Origin: an uncultured bacterium | GTDB lineage: Bacteria; Zixibacteria; MSB-5A5; JAABVY01; JAHJOQ01 | Length of the DNA stretch: 45,098 nt | NCBI GenBank assembly: GCA_965369655.1 | Contig: CBDUQR010000023.1 | Span: 1-45,098, forward strand | Direction: 5' to 3' | Made by a program: the position numbers and the translations under genes | The notes under the pieces: generated by a model | Told to the model about the DNA's origin: nothing | What the model saw: the letters and a program-made list of their open reading frames with translations, nothing else | Databases searched by the model: none | Shown here: piece after piece, positions 9,121 through 18,892 of the stretch | Position numbering within the stretch: position 1 is the first letter of the stretch | Layout of the letters: each line of letters starts with the position of its first letter

Positions 9121-9983
9121 GTCGATGGTCCCGACGCGAACGTGTTCGATTGTGATCTCCCGGCTGAAATCAGGAGCGAGATCAGCGCGAGAACAACCGG
9201 AACGGCGATGACCAGAGCGATCAGTTCCGGAGTCAGGAACGGCACGGTCACCACATATTCGCAGCATAGTTTCCACAGCAGCATCGTGACGCCGATTCCG
9301 ACGGCTCCGGCGACGATTCCGACAAAAAGCGCCCGCATCACCGAGATTGTCCTCAATTTCCAGGGCGAGATTCCGAGGAGTCGCAGGTTCAGGACGATAT
9401 CCCGTCTTCGTTCGGATATGTGCCTGTGCAGACTGACAAAGATGAACAGAGAACTGATTGCGACCAATGCGAGCAGGACTCCAGACAGGGCGACAGAGGT
9501 GTCGGTGAGTCTTTCCAGATTATCGAGCCACTCCGACGCATATTGCACTTCCATGACCTCATCGCGGAGGGCAAGCTCCGATGAGATGCGGTTGAGATTG
9601 CCTGCGTCATACGAACCGGGTTCAAACCTGACTTCCAAACTATATGGCAATGGGTTGAACCCGAGGATGTCAGTGAGGTCACTGCCGAGTATTGCGCTCA
9701 TCTCGGTCATAGCTGCCTCGGGATCCTTAATCGATACTTCCGACACGCCGGAAAGCGATGATACGTATGCTGCAATGGAGTCGATTCCACTCTCCGTAAT
9801 CTCGTCGATGAGGAATACTTCAAGCGCCGACTCGCTTTTCAGCTCGGACGAGAACATCGTGAGATTCATTGTCGCGAGGACCGCGCAATCGCCCAACGCA
9901 AACAGAAGTCCGGCGGCGATCAGGGCGGATAGAAGCTCGACGACGCCCGATTTAAGACCTCTCCAGAACTCGCCGAGTATCAT
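9117..9983 (-). CDS. ftsX: Cell division permease FtsX
   Basis: Four TM segments, extracellular domain with EVFL and NPLP.S.EV, RR.I..LRLLG; lies between ftsE and envC. Confidence 0.82.
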   Translation of the reverse strand: MILGEFWRGLKSGVVELLSALIAAGLLFALGDCAVLATMNLTMFSSELKSESALEVFLIDEITESGIDSIAAYVSSLSGVSEVSIKDPEAAMTEMSAILGSDLTDILGFNPLPYSLEVRFEPGSYDAGNLNRISSELALRDEVMEVQYASEWLDNLERLTDTSVALSGVLLALVAISSLFIFVSLHRHISERRRDIVLNLRLLGISPWKLRTISVMRALFVGIVAGAVGIGVTMLLWKLCCEYVVTVPFLTPELIALVIAVPVVLALISLLISAGRSQSNTFASGPST

Positions 9984-10651
9984 GCTTTAACTCCCGGAAG
10001 ATCGTAAATATCCCAGCCGAGTTCTCTGTACTTTTCCGGTCGCGTGGAGGTAATCAGGAGTGTGGTTCCAGCAAGGTTTTTTCTCCGAACCAACTCCAGC
10101 GCCACACCGAGATGAGTCTCGTCGAGCGCGCTGTCCGGGTCATCCCAAAGAAGGAATGCCGGATTTCTGGCGCAGGCCATCACCAGTTGGACAAGCTTCT
10201 GTTCCCCTTTCGACAAGGCTCCGGGGATTCGCCCCGCCTTTTCGACAAGCCCGAATTGCATCAGCATTGAATCGACTTCGCTTCTGTCCGGACGGATTCG
10301 CGACGACGACAACCTGACCGAAGCCGAGATATTGTCTCGCACCGATCGATCTGCGAGGTAGGTTGTGCGTTCGAGGATCATACCCCAGCCCGACAGCATT
10401 CTTGCTCTCTCTGTCGCATTCATTTCGCTGACTGATTTGCCGGAAACCCCGATCTCGCCTGAATCGGGATTCAGGAGTCCCGCTACGAGTCGAACGAGAG
10501 TCGTCTTGCCTGATCCGACCGGACCGGCAACGACCGCAACTCCGCCAACTGGCAGTGAGAACTCCAGGTTGCTAAACACCGGTTGTTCGGGATGATAGCC
10601 GAAGGTGACGTTTGCCACCTCCAGATAGATTCGCATGTCACTACTTGTCAC
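9980..10651 (-). CDS. ftsE: FtsE-like ABC ATPase with degenerate motifs
   Basis: Walker A GPVGSGKT; signature LSKGEQ; Walker B/D-loop LLWDDPDSALD; synteny with ftsX-envC. Confidence 0.72.
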   Translation of the reverse strand: MTSSDMRIYLEVANVTFGYHPEQPVFSNLEFSLPVGGVAVVAGPVGSGKTTLVRLVAGLLNPDSGEIGVSGKSVSEMNATERARMLSGWGMILERTTYLADRSVRDNISASVRLSSSRIRPDRSEVDSMLMQFGLVEKAGRIPGALSKGEQKLVQLVMACARNPAFLLWDDPDSALDETHLGVALELVRRKNLAGTTLLITSTRPEKYRELGWDIYDLPGVKA

Positions 10652-10755
10652 GGATGGAATATATCGGCAGGCAATATCAAAAAAAAGCTTTTCTTCGTCG
10701 GTAAAAACACGAATATTCGCTCAATAACAACTACGAAAGCAGGAGCTTTGAGAAA

Positions 10756-11703
10756 GTGATAATAAGAATCGGATTACTGTTGCTCGCGATGCTGATCGCA
10801 ATTGCCGGATGTGATAAGACGGGTATTCTGGAGATGCAGTGGGAAAAGCTGTCGATCGGAACCGACGACGATATATACGGCATCTACTTCAGAAATGACG
10901 ATGACGGTTGGGCGGTGACCTCGGACGGCAAAATACTCAGGACAAACGACGGCTGCAAGTCATGGAACTCCTATGACGTGGGAGAAATCTGGCTGGAGGA
11001 CGTCTACTTCATAGACGGCGACAAGGGTTTCGTGACAGGCTCCAAAGGCGGACTGTTTGAGACGACCGACGGCGGCGGCATCTGGACAGACAGATCGCTC
11101 GACTCCGACTGCTGGTTCTACGACATAGCATTCTGGGACGATGACGAGGGAGTGCTGGTGGGTGCGAAGAAGACCGATGACGGCGACTTGATCGGCGTCC
11201 TTTATTCGACAAAGGATGGCGGCGGTACCTGGCAGGAAGTCTATAACGACATGAACGGCATATCGGATTTGTTTCTGAGCAAGCCGAAACTTGGATGGAC
11301 AACCTGCACCGGAGCGGTCGGGTCGACAACGAATGGTGGCGAAAACTGGGACAAGAATATCCTAAACGATGACGATGTCATCAGGGGGACATATTTCCAC
11401 TCCGGTCAGTCAGGCTGGATCGTCGGACACAACGGCCTTCTCGCGAACACGACAGACGGTGGATGGTCGTGGCAGAGGAAAGGTCAATTGACCGAAGATA
11501 AGCTCTATGCGGTAGCTTTTCTCACTGCATTCGAGGGTCTGGCTGTCGGCGACAGGGGCATGATGTTCATTACGACCGACGGTGGTATCAGTTGGAATAT
11601 CGATTCCATGTTCGTCAGATCGACTCTGCGGGATATCGAGATTGTCGATGGTCAGATATGGATATGCGGCGATAACGGGACCATAGTCTCTGTACACAAG
11701 TGA
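10756..11703 (+). CDS. YCF48-like beta-propeller lipoprotein
   Basis: Lipobox IAGC; repeated GW.VG..G.I..T.DGG.TW blades. Confidence 0.85.
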   Translation: MIIRIGLLLLAMLIAIAGCDKTGILEMQWEKLSIGTDDDIYGIYFRNDDDGWAVTSDGKILRTNDGCKSWNSYDVGEIWLEDVYFIDGDKGFVTGSKGGLFETTDGGGIWTDRSLDSDCWFYDIAFWDDDEGVLVGAKKTDDGDLIGVLYSTKDGGGTWQEVYNDMNGISDLFLSKPKLGWTTCTGAVGSTTNGGENWDKNILNDDDVIRGTYFHSGQSGWIVGHNGLLANTTDGGWSWQRKGQLTEDKLYAVAFLTAFEGLAVGDRGMMFITTDGGISWNIDSMFVRSTLRDIEIVDGQIWICGDNGTIVSVHK

Positions 11704-11752
11704 TTATCATCCGGCACATCGGATGCCAATGATATTGAATCAGATGCGTTCG

Positions 11753-11787
11753 TTCCGGCAGTTCTTGCGACCGATGAACTGCCGGAA
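11753..11787. repeat. Palindromic repeat TTCCGGCAGTTC-n11-GAACTGCCGGAA (possible terminator between convergent genes)
   Basis: Perfect 12-bp inverted arms followed by an A-tract; related copy at 6112-6160. Confidence 0.6.
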
Positions 11788-11855
11788 AAATAGCTTACAG
11801 AGTATCGACAGGTCACACCGACGACTTCGTCGTCACCAAGACCTATCGAAACTAC

Positions 11856-12635
11856 TCATATTTCAATTTCACCCTTGAGGTATCTGACCGCTCGCCCTGC
11901 GATGTTGATTCTGTCTCCTCTGTCCTCGCAGAACAACTCGCCCCCGCGCTCCGAGACTTGCAGCGCATGCAGCACCGGTTTGCCGAGTCTTTTCGACCAG
12001 TATGGCGTCAGTGTGCAGTGAGCCGCACCGGTGACCGGGTCCTCATCGATGCCTGCACCCGGAGCGAAAAACCGCGATACGAAATCGGATATCCTGCCTT
12101 CGGCTGTCACGATTGCACTGCCGTCGCCGATCTTTGCGAGCGATTGGAAATCAGGATTGATCGCAAGTACGTCGTCTTCGCTATCGAAAACAGCGAGATA
12201 TGATTGTGCTTTCAGGACTTCCTTCGGTTCGCGACCGAGCGCCCCGATCAGATCGGCTGGCGCATCAATCCGTTCAGGCACGTGCGCCGGGAAATCGAGA
12301 TAGAGCAGATCGAATTCCTTTCTGACAATCAGCAGGCCGCTCTTAGTCTCAAAGCGAATCTCAGGTTCCACATGACCAAGCTCGTTGAAAATTACATAAG
12401 CTGATGCCAGCGTGGCATGGCCGCACAGATCGACTTCGACTTTCGGAGTGAACCATCGAAGCTCGAAATGGTCATCCTTGCGCACGAAGAACGCAGTCTC
12501 GGACAGGTTGTTCTCTACGCCGATGGCCTGCATTGTCTCATCATCGAGCCAGCTTTCGAGCGGACAGACCGCCGCCGGATTACCGGCGAAAAGTTTTCCG
12601 GTGAACGCATCGATCTGGTAGATGGGAATTCTCAT
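11856..12635 (-). CDS. PhzF family isomerase/epimerase
   Basis: QIDAFT...FAGNPAAV, NLSETAF, LRWFTP..EVDLCGHATLA, EDPVTG.AH motifs. Confidence 0.93.
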   Translation of the reverse strand: MRIPIYQIDAFTGKLFAGNPAAVCPLESWLDDETMQAIGVENNLSETAFFVRKDDHFELRWFTPKVEVDLCGHATLASAYVIFNELGHVEPEIRFETKSGLLIVRKEFDLLYLDFPAHVPERIDAPADLIGALGREPKEVLKAQSYLAVFDSEDDVLAINPDFQSLAKIGDGSAIVTAEGRISDFVSRFFAPGAGIDEDPVTGAAHCTLTPYWSKRLGKPVLHALQVSERGGELFCEDRGDRINIAGRAVRYLKGEIEI

Positions 12636-12773
12636 ATCAAGGCTCCGCTGAGGTTGTTTGTATCTTTGAGAGGAATTATATACAGTTGCGAGAGTCCGGT
12701 CGACAGTTTTTTCTTTGCGCTGACTTGTAAGCCAGCTAAGTTAATGAAAACAAGGGTTAATGGAGGCAGGTCT

Positions 12774-13370
12774 ATGTTTTTCAAGTATTGCAGAAGGATT
12801 GTCGGAGCATCAGCAGCTTTACTTATTATACTATCCGTGATTTCACAGCTTTCATGTGATGGTAGCAAGACCGCTCTTGAGGAATGTCGTCGCGAAGCGG
12901 ACAGCTTAAGAACAGACATGCAGGTTCTTTTAGATAGCCTTTCCAAATCAATAGAATTGGATCGACGCTATTTTAGGGGTCCGATAAAGCTCTTCTACTT
13001 CAATGTAGACAGCGCAAGAGCATATGGAGTTGACGGACCTCTCGACAGTATGGCAGTGTTGCCTGTCGAAAGGAGCTTACCTCCTACACGCACTCCAATT
13101 GAGGATGCAATAGAGCTATGGATCGCTGGAGAGCTAACCGAAGAGGAGAAGGCTGCCGGGTTTGTAGCACCTCAGTTTAATAGTGTTAGATTAGTGAGGA
13201 GCGTACTCCACAACGGAGTTCTGTACCTGGAGTTTGATGACCCTAAGTATGAAACAAGTGGCGGAGCCACCAGAGTGCATATATTGTGGTCGGAGATTAG
13301 GAAAACTGTCCTTCAATTCCCTCAAGTTCGGGAAGTAGGATTTCCCGACGGCGAGGAATTCCAACCTTAG
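12774..13370 (+). CDS. GerMN domain protein, possibly a lipoprotein
   Basis: ATG at 12774 with GGAGG RBS; TM segment plus LSC; PVER.LP, GELTEEEKAAGF, SGG..RV.....I.KT.LQFP.V.EV motifs. Confidence 0.75.
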   Translation: MFFKYCRRIVGASAALLIILSVISQLSCDGSKTALEECRREADSLRTDMQVLLDSLSKSIELDRRYFRGPIKLFYFNVDSARAYGVDGPLDSMAVLPVERSLPPTRTPIEDAIELWIAGELTEEEKAAGFVAPQFNSVRLVRSVLHNGVLYLEFDDPKYETSGGATRVHILWSEIRKTVLQFPQVREVGFPDGEEFQP

Positions 13371-13385
13371 CGAGCTGTAACTTCC

Positions 13386-14396
13386 TCACACCACCGTCAC
13401 TTCTCCTGCTGTCACGCGCAGGGTTTCCTTGCGGCGTTTGACCAATAGCGCGCCGCTTGTGTCGATATCTATGGCTTTCGCGATTATTGTCTTGTTGCCC
13501 ATTTTCAGTTTCACCTGCTGGCCGAGGAGCGATGATCGTTTCTTGATTCTCGGCAGCAGCGGCTTGAGGCCTTTTTTCTTGAACTGGAGATACATCTTCT
13601 CGAAACTCAGAAGGAAATCAGCGAGAAACGCGATCCTGTCGATTCGACCGCCCGATTCGATCTGAAGCGATGTCGCTTTCTTCTTCAGATACGGTGGGAA
13701 GTCTTTCCTGAGATGATTGATATTGATACCGACGCCAATGACGACGAAATTCACTTTGTCAAGCTCCGCTGATAGTTCCGTAAGAATCCCGGCGACCTTG
13801 AGGTCATCGATAAGGCAATCGTTAGGCCACTTGACTTTGGCGTCGAGATTTAGTTTCGAGATGATCGTTTCGGCGAGCGCGGTTGCTGTGACGATCGACA
13901 GGCCGGGCGACTCCGACGGCGGGAGTGTGGGGCGGAGGATCAGCGATGCCCAGAGTCCGAGCTTGGATGGCGAGTGCCATCTGCGTCCAAGCCTGCCCCT
14001 TCCCGATGTCTGCTTTTCGGCTATCACGAGGGTACCTTCCGGCGCGCCTTCCGAGGCGAGAGTGAATGCGAGCGAGTTCGTCGATGGCAGCGAGAAATGC
14101 GAGACTATGTTTCGACCTATGAATATCGTCTTCAGGTGATATCCGATCTCGTGAGGGAAAATGCAGTCCGGCGCCGAGACAAACCTGACTCTCGAAGTAT
14201 TGTCAAAATCGAACTTGTAGCCCCAGACGACAAGCCCGCGCAGGGCTTCGTTGATGAACTTCACGCGGGTCGAAAACCTCTCGGCGAGTTTCGGGATTGC
14301 ATAGAATCTGTCGGGGGAGTTTCTCAGGAAGTTGAGCAGTTCGACCGCTATGTCATCGACCCGGCCTCCCATTTCAACCGGTAATTCTGACGACAT
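13386..14396 (-). CDS. birA: Bifunctional biotin-protein ligase/repressor
   Basis: STN, AEKQTSGRGRLGRRW.S, KWPND, KVAGIL.E, IGVGIN motifs; N-terminal wHTH-like region. Confidence 0.93.
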   Translation of the reverse strand: MSSELPVEMGGRVDDIAVELLNFLRNSPDRFYAIPKLAERFSTRVKFINEALRGLVVWGYKFDFDNTSRVRFVSAPDCIFPHEIGYHLKTIFIGRNIVSHFSLPSTNSLAFTLASEGAPEGTLVIAEKQTSGRGRLGRRWHSPSKLGLWASLILRPTLPPSESPGLSIVTATALAETIISKLNLDAKVKWPNDCLIDDLKVAGILTELSAELDKVNFVVIGVGININHLRKDFPPYLKKKATSLQIESGGRIDRIAFLADFLLSFEKMYLQFKKKGLKPLLPRIKKRSSLLGQQVKLKMGNKTIIAKAIDIDTSGALLVKRRKETLRVTAGEVTVV

Positions 14397-15240
14397 TCAG
14401 CGAGAAATCGCCGGCTGGCGCGGAGTGCGTGAGTGCTCCGACCGAAATGTAGTCGATCCCACACTCGGCCAGTTGTCTGACTGTCTCGAGAGACACGCCT
14501 CCGGATACCTCGATCTTTATGTCGGTCGAGACAGCGCGGATTTTCTCGACGGCATCCCGTATCTGGTCGACGCTCATGTTGTCGAGCATAATCCAGGAAG
14601 CGCCCGACTGCAGGGCCTGCTCCAGTTCGACAGGCGATGATGCCTCCACTTCGATCTTGATATCCGGTTTGACCTGGTCGCGATAATCTGTGCATCGTTT
14701 CACCGCGGCAGACAGCGATCCGGACGCCCGGATATGGTTGTCCTTGATGAGGATCATATCGTAGAGACCTCTGCGATGGTTGTAGCCGCCACCGCAGACG
14801 ACCGCATGTTTCTCGGCCTGACGCATCCCCGGCGTAGTCTTCCTCGTATCGAGGATTTTGACATTGGTGTCCTCTACGCGGTCGACAAACTGTTTCGTTA
14901 GCGAAGCAATGCCGGAGAGTCTCATCAGGAAATTGAGCGCCGTGCGCTCCGCAGTCAGGATTGAGGTAAGGTTGCCTGTGACCGTAGCGATGACACTTCC
15001 AGCTTCGACAACAGAGCCATCCTCGAACATCGGCGTATATCTGAGATTCTTGTCAACAGTCTTGAACACCCGGCGGGCGATCGACTGACCCGCGAGCGCA
15101 CCACCCGACCGGAAGAGAATATCAGTCTCTCCGTTTAGATTCGGGTCTACACTTGCGCGCGTTGTCAGATCGCCATCGCCGACGTCTTCCTGAAGGGCGA
15201 GGTCGATCAACTTGTCGAGTTCTTCGGCGAGGAATTCCAT
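14374..15240 (-). CDS. nadC: Nicotinate-nucleotide pyrophosphorylase (QPRTase)
   Basis: ALQED, AERTALNFL, DTRKTTPG, HR.GL.D..LIKDNH, IMLDN, SVGALTHSA motifs. Confidence 0.96.
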   Translation of the reverse strand: MEFLAEELDKLIDLALQEDVGDGDLTTRASVDPNLNGETDILFRSGGALAGQSIARRVFKTVDKNLRYTPMFEDGSVVEAGSVIATVTGNLTSILTAERTALNFLMRLSGIASLTKQFVDRVEDTNVKILDTRKTTPGMRQAEKHAVVCGGGYNHRRGLYDMILIKDNHIRASGSLSAAVKRCTDYRDQVKPDIKIEVEASSPVELEQALQSGASWIMLDNMSVDQIRDAVEKIRAVSTDIKIEVSGGVSLETVRQLAECGIDYISVGALTHSAPAGDFSLNVVRITG

Positions 15241-15287
15241 GTCACGAAAAAAAAGGGAACACAGAGCTATGTCAACTCGTATTTTGA

Positions 15288-15316
15288 TTGACCCCGACGT
15301 GCGCAGCCACTAATAT
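15288..15316 (+). promoter_or_regulatory. Putative sigma70 promoter for the kinase operon
   Basis: TTGACC-17 bp-TAATAT, followed by a GGAGG RBS before ATG 15338. Confidence 0.5.
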
Positions 15317-15337
15317 TGATTCTGGAGGCAATTTGAT

Positions 15338-16969
15338 ATGGAACGCCGCCGATGTCTGCTCGAAGGCTATGAATCAGTCGAGTGCTGGATATTTGACATA
15401 CTCGATGGCAAACGGCTCGATGAGGTCCCGCTGCCGATTGACAGGATCAACAAATGTATCACGTGCGATGTATTCGCCGATGCCATCGTGCGATCGACAG
15501 GCAGACGAAGCTCCGATCGTCTGATATCCGAAGCGATCAACAGACTCCTTTCGATATTCTCCAATTACAATGTCGAACTCGGCGAGATGGCGGACTCGCT
15601 CCGGAAGAAAATTGAAGAACTGACAGTGCTCAAGACAGTGGCAGAGGCTCTCCTGAAAGCCACGGATCTCAGGAGCGGCCTGAAGATATTCCTTTCCGGG
15701 ATCACATCGGGGGAAGCATTTGGATTCAACAGGGCGGTCGTGTTTCTTGTCAATAATCCAAGACACACACTCGAAGGTCAGTTCGGCCTGGGACATCTCA
15801 ACGTCAGTTCATACGACTCGACCTGGGAACGCATTCAGCGCGAGAAATTGACGTTTGCCGAGATCGTCGAGAACATTCTGAGCGAAACCGATGAGCCTGA
15901 CAACGAATTGAGCAAGGCGACCTCCAGGATATATATCCCGCTCAAAGAAGATTTCGGTATTCTGGCTCAGTCGGTCATTCGTCGGAAATCATTCAGGATA
16001 CAGAAGTTCGGCAGCGATCATTCGACCGACAAGCAGGTACTCGATATATTTGGAGGAAACCCGTGTGCGGTCGTACCGATCATCTCCAAAGAAACCGCTC
16101 TCGGAGTCGTCGTCGTCGATAATCCCGTAACATCCAGAGATATATCTGACGAGGAAATCTCGACACTGGAAACCTTGTCATACATGACCGCCGCCAAGAT
16201 AGACAACCTGAATCTTCAGAACCAGCTCGAGCTCCGCGTCGCACAGCTTGAACACGTCAATGCCCTGTTGCAGGACAACAATAAGTATCTGATGGAGACG
16301 GAGCCGCTCGTCGAGGCGGGTCGGCTGGCCACTACAATCGCACACGAGATCAAGACGCCGCTCGTCACGATCGGCGGATACGCGATGAGAGCGATGAAGG
16401 AACACAGGAACGGCAGGGATATATCGCGCGATCTGAATGTGATGGTCGAAGAGATATCGAGGCTCGAGGAACTCGCGAGCGGCGTGCTCGATTTCTCGAA
16501 AAAACGAAAACTTACGCTCGAAACCCTGGACTTGAACGTCCTGATTAGCGAAACTTTGAACATCGTGACAGACAAGCTGTCTTATGGCAATATCGAGGTT
16601 GTGATAGACCTGTGCGACAGGGAACTGAGCGTGAGGGTGGACAGAAACAGAATGAAGCAGGTGTTGTTCAACCTGATCGACAATGCCATGCAGGCGATGC
16701 CGAATGGCGGCAAACTGGATGTCTCGACCGGAACGAACGCCAGCTACCGATGGTTTAAGATTATTGACACCGGTTGCGGGATGTCGAAGGAGACTGTCGA
16801 GCAGCTTTTCAAACCATTTTATACTACGAGAAGCGCCGGGTGTGGGCTCGGTTTGCCGGTCTCCAGGAGAATTGTTGATGATCACGGAGGTTTTCTCGAG
16901 GTTGAGTCGATTCCGGGCAGGCAGTCTGTCTTTACGGTCAATCTGCCTGCGATCGATACTGACAAATGA
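15338..16969 (+). CDS. GAF-domain sensor histidine kinase
   Basis: H-box IAHEIKTPL, N-box QVLFNLIDNA, D.G.G, F.PFYTT and G.GLGL boxes; GFNRA..FL GAF region. Confidence 0.92.
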   Translation: MERRRCLLEGYESVECWIFDILDGKRLDEVPLPIDRINKCITCDVFADAIVRSTGRRSSDRLISEAINRLLSIFSNYNVELGEMADSLRKKIEELTVLKTVAEALLKATDLRSGLKIFLSGITSGEAFGFNRAVVFLVNNPRHTLEGQFGLGHLNVSSYDSTWERIQREKLTFAEIVENILSETDEPDNELSKATSRIYIPLKEDFGILAQSVIRRKSFRIQKFGSDHSTDKQVLDIFGGNPCAVVPIISKETALGVVVVDNPVTSRDISDEEISTLETLSYMTAAKIDNLNLQNQLELRVAQLEHVNALLQDNNKYLMETEPLVEAGRLATTIAHEIKTPLVTIGGYAMRAMKEHRNGRDISRDLNVMVEEISRLEELASGVLDFSKKRKLTLETLDLNVLISETLNIVTDKLSYGNIEVVIDLCDRELSVRVDRNRMKQVLFNLIDNAMQAMPNGGKLDVSTGTNASYRWFKIIDTGCGMSKETVEQLFKPFYTTRSAGCGLGLPVSRRIVDDHGGFLEVESIPGRQSVFTVNLPAIDTDK

Positions 16970-16993
16970 CTGAATCATACTGAGGGGTCAGAG

Positions 16994-17362
16994 ATGAATA
17001 AATTGTTGATAGTGGAGGACGAGAAGAATCTTCTCGAACTGTACAGAATGGAGTTCGAAGAAGAGGGATACAGCGTGGCTACCGCTGAGTCGGGCAAAGC
17101 CGCTCTCGAAATCTCCAAGACATTCCAGCCGGACCTTGTGGTGCTCGACATCAAGCTCGGAGACGAAGAAGGGCTCAAGGTTCTCAGCGATTTCAAGCAC
17201 CAGTCTAAAGACCGACCGGTCATCCTCAACACGGCATTCACACACTATAAGCATGATTTCACATCGTGGGCGGCGGATGACTATGTTGTGAAATCGGGTG
17301 ACCTGACCGAACTCAAAGCGAAAATCAGGACGTTGCTTGAACGAGGCAAAGCGCATGAGTGA
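16994..17362 (+). CDS. Single-domain response regulator (receiver)
   Basis: LLIVEDE, PDLVVLDI, VILNTA, ADDYVVKS motifs. Confidence 0.93.
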   Translation: MNKLLIVEDEKNLLELYRMEFEEEGYSVATAESGKAALEISKTFQPDLVVLDIKLGDEEGLKVLSDFKHQSKDRPVILNTAFTHYKHDFTSWAADDYVVKSGDLTELKAKIRTLLERGKAHE

Positions 17363-17467
17363 ATCCGGTTGTGACTGGATACCGATCCGAAGTTGATTGA
17401 AACATAGTTCAGTCCGGAATTGACGCCATGAATACAGGCGCAATGGCAGACTTGAAAAGGATGCAAA

Positions 17468-18892
17468 ATGGCTGAGAAGATGAAGATGTACCTTGCCGGT
17501 GAGTGGAAAGATTCAGACAAATCGATCGATGTCATCAATCCGTACGACAAATCGATCTATGGAACTGTCGCAGCGGCGTCACCTGACGATTTCACCGAGG
17601 CGATTGCGAAAGCAGACAAGGCATTCAAGGACTACCGTTTTTACCCAAGCTACAAGCGGTCCGAAGCGCTGCAGTTCATTGCATCGGAGATTGAGCGTCG
17701 CAAAGATGAACTGGCCGAGACAATCACATGCGAAATGGGGAAATCACTGGCCGATTCGCTCGGCGAAGTAGGCAGGGCAATTTCGGTGTTTAATATCTCC
17801 GCCGAAGAGGCCAGGAGGATGGGCGGAGAAGTAATGTCGCTCGACTGGCAGGCCGGATCCGAAGAACGATGGGGGATAGTCCGAAGATTCCCTATGGGAG
17901 TCGTTGCCGGAATATCGCCGTTCAACTTCCCTCTCAATCTGGTTGCACACAAGATCGGACCCGCGCTGGCTTCCGGCAATGCCATAGTGTTGAAACCAGC
18001 CTCCAAGACTCCAATAACAGCGTTGAAACTCGCGGAGATCATAGACAAGACTGATCTTCCGAAAGGTGTCTGCTCGATCCTGCCAGCGTCTTCGAAAGAT
18101 ACAACACCCCTGCTCGAAGACCCGCGTGTCAAGGTGATAACATTCACCGGTTCCTCGCCCGTCGGCTGGAAGATCAAAGCGATGTCCGGGAAGAAGCGTG
18201 TGGTGTTGGAACTCGGCGGAAACGCGGGTGTGATTGTGGCCGACGACGCCGACATCGATTACGCTGCCGAACGCATGGTGTTCGGCGGGTTCGCGGTGTC
18301 GGGACAGAGTTGTATTTCGGTACAGCGAATATTCCTGCATGAGAATATCTATGATGAATTCATTCGTATCTTCGCTGATAGAGTGAACAGTCTGAAGGTT
18401 GGGAATCCACTCGACCCGAGTGTCAGCATTGGCCCGGTCGTCGAGGAGAGCGAGGCAATCAGGATCGAGGAGTGGATCAACGAGGCTGTCACCGATGGCG
18501 CCAAAATCCTTGCGGGCGGCAAACGCGATGGTGGAGCCGTGCAGCCGACTATTCTCACCGATGTCAAGGCGGAGATGAAAGTCTGCTCGATGGAGGTGTT
18601 CGCACCGTTGGTCACAGTCTTCAAGTACACTGATTTCAAGAGCGCAGTTGACGAGGTCAACAGGTCTGACTTCGGCCTGCAGGCGGGGATTTTCACGAAT
18701 CGGCTGAAGGACATTTGGTACGCATACGAGCGGATCGAAGCTGGCGGAGTTGTTATCAACGATGTCCCGACATACCGCGCCGACCATCAGCCATACGGCG
18801 GCATGAAAGACTCAGGCTTTGGCCGCGAGGGTATACGCTATTCAATTGAAGACTACACCGATATCAAAATCCTCTCGATGAATCTGAAATAG
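17468..18892 (+). CDS. NAD(P)-dependent aldehyde dehydrogenase family protein
   Basis: PFNFPLNL, LKPAS.TP, FTGS, LELGGN, catalytic Cys in GQSCIS, EVFAP, PYGG.K.SG.GREG. Confidence 0.93.
   Translation: MAEKMKMYLAGEWKDSDKSIDVINPYDKSIYGTVAAASPDDFTEAIAKADKAFKDYRFYPSYKRSEALQFIASEIERRKDELAETITCEMGKSLADSLGEVGRAISVFNISAEEARRMGGEVMSLDWQAGSEERWGIVRRFPMGVVAGISPFNFPLNLVAHKIGPALASGNAIVLKPASKTPITALKLAEIIDKTDLPKGVCSILPASSKDTTPLLEDPRVKVITFTGSSPVGWKIKAMSGKKRVVLELGGNAGVIVADDADIDYAAERMVFGGFAVSGQSCISVQRIFLHENIYDEFIRIFADRVNSLKVGNPLDPSVSIGPVVEESEAIRIEEWINEAVTDGAKILAGGKRDGGAVQPTILTDVKAEMKVCSMEVFAPLVTVFKYTDFKSAVDEVNRSDFGLQAGIFTNRLKDIWYAYERIEAGGVVINDVPTYRADHQPYGGMKDSGFGREGIRYSIEDYTDIKILSMNLK

Noticed and set aside
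7966-9990. Long plus-strand ORFs 7966-8670 and 9142-9990
   Set aside because: Antisense shadows of envC and ftsX with no recognisable motifs.
12417-12773. ORF-track N-terminal extensions (GerMN gene; also asnS 23225, envC 9276, Fic 39548, lpxH 43633)
   Set aside because: They overlap neighbouring genes or promoters; downstream starts have an RBS, translational coupling or the family N-terminus.
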